In this document: one piece after another, positions 59,940 to 64,000 of the stretch | How positions within the stretch are numbered: position 1 is the first letter of the stretch | Layout of the letters: each line of letters begins with the position of its first letter | Assembly: GCA_964508365.1 (NCBI GenBank) | Contig: CAZDTP010000010.1 | Location: 14,336 to 78,335, forward strand | DNA from: an uncultured archaeon | GTDB taxonomy: Archaea; Asgardarchaeota; Lokiarchaeia; Sigyniarchaeales; SOKP01 | Direction: 5' to 3' | DNA: 64,000 bases | Position numbers and translations under genes: made by a program | Notes under the pieces: model-generated | Database searches by the model: none | What the model was told of the DNA's origin: nothing | The model's input: the letters and a program-made list of their open reading frames with translations, nothing else

Positions 59940-60746
59940 TTGAGAATTTTTATGGTAAAAACACTGGTTCTATACGATCAAATATATAACATCCCAAAAA
60001 AAGGCAATATCAAAGATATATCGATAAGATACCTTAAATATTTAAAAGAATCAACCCAGAGCTTTCCGGACACTAAAATACATATTAAGAAATTAAGGAA
60101 ATTTGATAATAGGTTTGAAATTCTCATATCAGGTTCCGAAGAAGTATTCATTTTTAACATACTAAAAAAAAAGATTGGGGCTATCCATGAATTTGATACT
60201 GTTAAGACAAACGATATCTTTAAAGGAGTCTTACTGGAAGTAGGAAAAGTAGGTTTTGGAATTTTTGTAGACTGTGCCATTGTAAATCCTAAGGTAGATG
60301 TATTATTAAACCTCTATGACATACGAACTCAACTGTGTAATGGAAAAAATGTTTCATTGCCAGAAATTATCAAAGCTTATGATTTTATTAATAAATTCCC
60401 TGTTTATGTGAAATTAGTTACGATAAACAAAGAAAAACAACAAATCCAAGGCATATTGGATCAAAAAACTTTAGACTTTTACGAAAAACTGATTTCAGAG
60501 AATCTCGAGGCGGTGTTTGTCAGTGGTGAAACAAAAGGGCAACTTAAAAAAGCACTTGAGAAAACGGGGCATTTTAGAGATATTGTATCAATAGAACGAT
60601 TCGGATTTTTAGAAAACATTGTAATATTAAGAGAATCTACTACAGCTCCAGGAATTATCGCAGATATAGGAAAACATCTTAAAAACTGCAAATTAAATGC
60701 AGTTCGGCCTGAAAGAATTAAGAAATTATATAAATCGAAATTATAA
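59940..60746 (+). CDS. DUF2110-family archaeal protein (S1-like)
   Basis: GVLLEVGKVGFGIFVD, ERFGFLE, GIIADIG; the start may be ATG 59952. Confidence 0.75.
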   Translation: MRIFMVKTLVLYDQIYNIPKKGNIKDISIRYLKYLKESTQSFPDTKIHIKKLRKFDNRFEILISGSEEVFIFNILKKKIGAIHEFDTVKTNDIFKGVLLEVGKVGFGIFVDCAIVNPKVDVLLNLYDIRTQLCNGKNVSLPEIIKAYDFINKFPVYVKLVTINKEKQQIQGILDQKTLDFYEKLISENLEAVFVSGETKGQLKKALEKTGHFRDIVSIERFGFLENIVILRESTTAPGIIADIGKHLKNCKLNAVRPERIKKLYKSKL

Positions 60747-60747
60747 A

Positions 60748-60884
60748 TGGTGGGCCCAGGGAGGTTTTCGTACAAGCAATAAATTCGCTTTAAAATCGAA
60801 CTCCCGACCTTCTCGGTGTATTCTCGAATAAGGTATGTATTATACCATATTAGCGAGACGTTATAACCACTAGACCATGAGCCC
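60748..60884 (-). tRNA. tRNA-Val(UAC) with two introns (33/34, 31 nt, 60851-60821; 59/60, 30 nt, 60794-60765); CCA encoded
   Basis: Acceptor GGGCUCA/UGGGCCC, anticodon stem UCUCG/CGAGA, T stem GGGAG/CUCCC. Removing both BHB-like inserts gives a 76-nt tRNA with loop CU-UAC-AC. Confidence 0.88.
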
Positions 60885-61067
60885 ATTTTATACGTTTATA
60901 AATAAATTTAGTGGTATTTAAAATTAAAATATTTGTAATTCAGAAGAATTTTAAGATAGGTATAAACCTTGAAAATACTACTCTACTATTCTTTAATTTT
61001 AAATAATTTAATTTAGAATAAGCATTAAAGAGGACAAAGAGTACACCAGATATTAATAGAGAGGTAG

Positions 61068-61268
61068 AAGAAAACGAAAGAACAAAATTTTAAAGAATAT
61101 GATGAAAGTAAAAATAAGATTGGTACTGATATTGAAGTAAAAGTTGATTTTGAAACTAAAGATGAAATAATTATTTTTCCTGAGCCTGAATTTCACCCCC
61201 ATGATGAAGACAATTACTTAGATAGGCTATTGAATATTAATTTTGAACCAAGAGATGAAGAGATGTAG
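61068..61268 (+). pseudogene. Acidic ORF fragment without a start codon
   Basis: KKTKEQNFKEYDESKNKIGTDIEVKVDFETKDEIIIFPEPEFHPHDEDNYLDRLLNINFEPRDEEM*. Confidence 0.3.
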
Positions 61269-61515
61269 ATTTTCAAATGAAAATGAGAGAATTACCAATA
61301 TACATAAAAAAGTATGGAAGGGTGGACATGAAAGAAAATTTAAATTAACTTAAGAAGAACTTAAAGAAGTTATATGGAAGATTCCGAAAACAGAAATTGC
61401 CAAAAATAATAATGTTTCGGACCGCACTATTATTAAATGGTGCAAAACCTGGGATATTAACACTCCACCTAGAGGATATTGGTCTAAAATGGATGTTAAA
61501 GAAGGTAAAGAGTAG
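61255..61515 (+). pseudogene. HTH protein of the mobile-element-associated 'EEL..VW...IAK...VSD..I.KWC....PPRGYW' type, broken by TAA at 61351-61353
   Basis: Manual translation: MKRCRFSNENERITNIHKKVWKGGHERKFKLT*EELKEVIWKIPKTEIAKNNNVSDRTIIKWCKTWDINTPPRGYWSKMDVKEGKE*. Confidence 0.65.
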
Positions 61516-61609
61516 GTAACAAAACAAAAATTATTAAAGTTTTTAATAATTATTTATAAAATAATTGAATTTAAATTAATTCAATTACAGTATCTCTCTT
61601 CAGTTGTTT

Positions 61610-61722
61610 GCTCAGGTCGCTTAGCCTGGTAGAGCGCTGGATTGCTAATCCAGTGTCCATCGGATGCGTGGGTTCGAAAAGATGTTGCATTTAGCACATT
61701 ATGGAAAATCCCACCCTGAGCG
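61610..61722 (+). tRNA. tRNA-Ser(GCU) with a 30-nt T-loop intron (59/60, 61679-61708)
   Basis: Acceptor GCUCAGG/CCUGAGC, anticodon arm CUGGA-UUGCUAA-UCCAG, long variable arm, GUGGG-UUCGAA[intron]U-CCCAC, G discriminator. Confidence 0.92.
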
Positions 61723-61855
61723 CTTAATAAATCAAATTTGAAGTTTTAAAATTTTAATACTTTTTCATTATAGCGAGAACTTTTTATTAAAGAAAAACAG
61801 CTGAATCGAGATAATAAATAAGAATAATACTTTTTTCTTAAATTTAACTTTCTAA

Positions 61856-63028
61856 TTAACGTTGTTTATCCTTTTTATGAAGCTTATAATAATCTCTCAG
61901 CTTAAAATCGATGTAATGCCAGAAAACTCCACACGGAATGCATATCTCCCAGTTGATGATTAGGTGTAAATAAATGATCAAATCATATGACATATCAATT
62001 CCTAAGATACTTGCGCCGTAATGATCTCCATAAAATGAATACACAACCGAAAAATACAATATCTGCGTTAGTAGGATATGATAGGTAGATTTTCCTATTG
62101 TAGAAATAGCTCTAGCAAACCAATTATCCAATCTCTTTGGTAGTAGTTTGATTCCCAATAAAACTAAAAACGCTGAATATGGAAAGACGAATAAATTATA
62201 ATCCCCCCTAATAAAATCATACCTAAAATCAAAAAATTGGTATTGGATTAAGTAATAAAGGCTTAATGGGAAGATAATCCACATAAAAAGATTCTGTTTG
62301 GCAAAGAGATTAGGTCTTTTTGAAAACCACATACCTAACCCGATGGCAGAAAGCATGAAAAACGGAGTCGTTACTATGAACAAATACCAATAAGTAAAAT
62401 CGTAATACGCTTGCCAAGTAAGAAATGGAGTTGGAAAGATATTGAAGATCACCAATTGAAGTAATAATTCTATACCGTAGCATAAAAGAAGTGTAAAAAT
62501 TCTCCATATTAATTTTCCAGAAAATCCTTTATATAACAAAGGTAGGAGTAATATAGTCCAGAATATTACGGGTAAAAACCAATTCCCTGGCCCCCAAAAA
62601 GGCAAAATTCCAATAAATAGATGATAGAAATGCCATCTATCTTTTTTATACTGATTTAAAGCGTTCCATTCGAAACCGTTGATTGCCAAGCCAATTAAAG
62701 AAGAAATTACCCATAGGACGATAAATGGGTAGATGTAGCGCCAAAATTTTTTTTTGAAGTATCTCCAAGAATACAAATTTTTTAGTTTCTTATCTTCCAA
62801 TTTACTAAAGGATAAACCCATGTTAAAGCCCATGATCACTAAGAAGACGGGAATTGAAATTCTTTCCCAGAGTGCAACGCCGATTTCTCCTTTAATTACC
62901 CATGGAATAGTATGGTCGTAAATAACTAAGAAAATCATTACAGCCTTGATAAAATCAATCTGAAAAAAGCGATTATCTTTAACTTCAAATTCATCTGGTT
63001 TAACTAAGGTTTGGTAGTCAGCATCCAT
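61856..63028 (-). CDS. Acyltransferase family 3 (OafA-like) membrane protein
   Basis: QIDFIKAVMIFLVIYDH, IPVFLVIMG, WFL, IGKSTYHILLTQ; many TM helices. Confidence 0.85.
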   Translation of the reverse strand: MDADYQTLVKPDEFEVKDNRFFQIDFIKAVMIFLVIYDHTIPWVIKGEIGVALWERISIPVFLVIMGFNMGLSFSKLEDKKLKNLYSWRYFKKKFWRYIYPFIVLWVISSLIGLAINGFEWNALNQYKKDRWHFYHLFIGILPFWGPGNWFLPVIFWTILLLPLLYKGFSGKLIWRIFTLLLCYGIELLLQLVIFNIFPTPFLTWQAYYDFTYWYLFIVTTPFFMLSAIGLGMWFSKRPNLFAKQNLFMWIIFPLSLYYLIQYQFFDFRYDFIRGDYNLFVFPYSAFLVLLGIKLLPKRLDNWFARAISTIGKSTYHILLTQILYFSVVYSFYGDHYGASILGIDMSYDLIIYLHLIINWEICIPCGVFWHYIDFKLRDYYKLHKKDKQR

Positions 63029-63165
63029 AACAATAACCTTATATTCATTTTTAAATAAAAATTAAAACATTAGGTTTTTATATTGTTCAGAGTACGTATC
63101 AATATAAGTTTTATTCCACCTTTAAACTTAAAAGAAAAAAAGAAAGTCGCTAACGAGAAAGATTT

Positions 63166-63621
63166 TTATTCTTGGATGATCTCAAAAACCATTCTCTCAA
63201 TCATCGGTTTTTTTGTATACCGCTTATCGTAATACCAACCCACCATATGCCCTTCTAACTCTTTTTCTGGAATGTTAGGGATGATGATAATCATTACACC
63301 GTTTGAAAGATATTTAAGAATCCTCTTATCAATTTGGTGCAATTTATCGTTTCCAGATGGATGTGTGTGTGCCTGCCAGACTATATCTACGTTAAGTTCC
63401 TGTTTAAACTTACGCATGTTATAAATTTTTGACTTTTTATACCTCATCCAACTTCTTGGTTTTACGTGGGTTTTTGATTTTCTTAAATCTGGATTAATGA
63501 TAAATTTCTTGACAATTCCAAAGTTTTCTTTACGATCAGCAAAAATCCAATAGTGTTCGATATTTGGATAAACCTCTGCGGCTTTCTGGGTAATTTCTTT
63601 AAATAATCGATCTGGTATCAA
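63166..63621 (-). CDS. JAB/MPN (JAMM-like) domain protein
   Basis: N-terminal E (IEHYW), WQAHTHPSG...D motif, hydrophobic IIIP strand. Confidence 0.6.
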   Translation of the reverse strand: MIPDRLFKEITQKAAEVYPNIEHYWIFADRKENFGIVKKFIINPDLRKSKTHVKPRSWMRYKKSKIYNMRKFKQELNVDIVWQAHTHPSGNDKLHQIDKRILKYLSNGVMIIIIPNIPEKELEGHMVGWYYDKRYTKKPMIERMVFEIIQE

Positions 63622-63895
63622 ATACCTAAAATTTTTTGCTACACTCAGTTTTACATCATCTCAATTATGAGTCAATGTAACATAAAATTTATATTTTTTC
63701 TTTAATATCATCATAAAGGTTAGGAATTACGAGGCTAAAATAAAAAGAAATTTATTTTATTAAAAATAAACTATTTTAATACTTATAGCACAATATTAAA
63801 AATAAAAAATTTCTACATATAGGCTAAAATTATATGCAGATAATTTTTAGAAATATTTTTCCATAATTATTCTGCGTAGAATCAAAATATTTAGA

Positions 63896-63996
63896 GCACC
63901 TGTAGCCTAGTGGTAAGACGCTGGCCTTGAGTAGATAATACAATCAAGTAAGCCAGTGCGCGTAAGCGCTCGGGGGTTCAAATCCCTCCAGGTGCG
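63896..63996 (+). tRNA. tRNA-Ser(UGA) with a canonical 37/38 intron (19 nt, 63932-63950)
   Basis: Acceptor GCACCUG/CAGGUGC, anticodon stem CUGGC/GCCAG, central helix CUUG/CAAG, long variable arm, GGGGG-UUCAAAU-CCCUC. Confidence 0.93.
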
Positions 63997-64000
63997 TTTT

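Noticed and set aside
244-62507. Numerous 60-180 aa ORFs antisense to or overlapping well-supported genes (e.g. 2668-3003, 29509-30045, 45597-45968, 60479-60886)
   Set aside because: Shadow ORFs of real genes, with no motifs.
60748-63996. att-site direct repeats of the tRNA 3' ends marking an integrated element
   Set aside because: I saw no duplicate of any tRNA 3' end and no integrase in the window.
1-64000. CRISPR arrays, rRNA genes, IS transposases, inteins
   Set aside because: No regularly spaced repeats, rRNA-like GC-rich tracts, transposase ORFs or intein motifs were recognised.

Overview
Strongly AT-rich, gene-dense chromosomal segment of an Asgard archaeon, most likely Lokiarchaeia/Promethearchaeota. 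The assignment rests on archaeal housekeeping genes (gatDE, eIF5A, FEN1, CDC48, exosome/proteasome/KEOPS superoperon) together with profilin-like, roadblock, SCP2, ZPR1 and JAB-domain proteins and intron-rich tRNAs. Contents in order: gatE/gatD, rpl2, a small accessory patch, purB/purM, nadC, a putative sugar-catabolic cluster, dinB, pyrC, SRP54, eIF5A, NAD kinase-Nob1, FEN1, CDC48, a HerA-like ATPase, two B12 radical SAM paralogs, PPi-type PFK, a four-subunit 2-oxoacid:ferredoxin oxidoreductase, t6A genes, an ECF transporter, the exosome-proteasome operon and three intron-containing tRNAs. Top finding: a protein-coding gene (alpha/beta hydrolase, 10835-11509, minus strand) is interrupted by a 33-nt, stop-containing insertion (11358-11390). 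It folds into a canonical bulge-helix-bulge (BHB), and predicted endonuclease cleavage restores the conserved HPHPEYGGDM motif exactly. This is a candidate tRNA-endonuclease-spliced mRNA intron in an Asgard archaeon. Secondary findings: two conserved genes appear to need non-canonical starts (ACG, ATC) at the same SD spacing used by canonical genes, and one tRNA-Val has two non-canonical introns. All folds and family assignments were made by eye; no searches were run.
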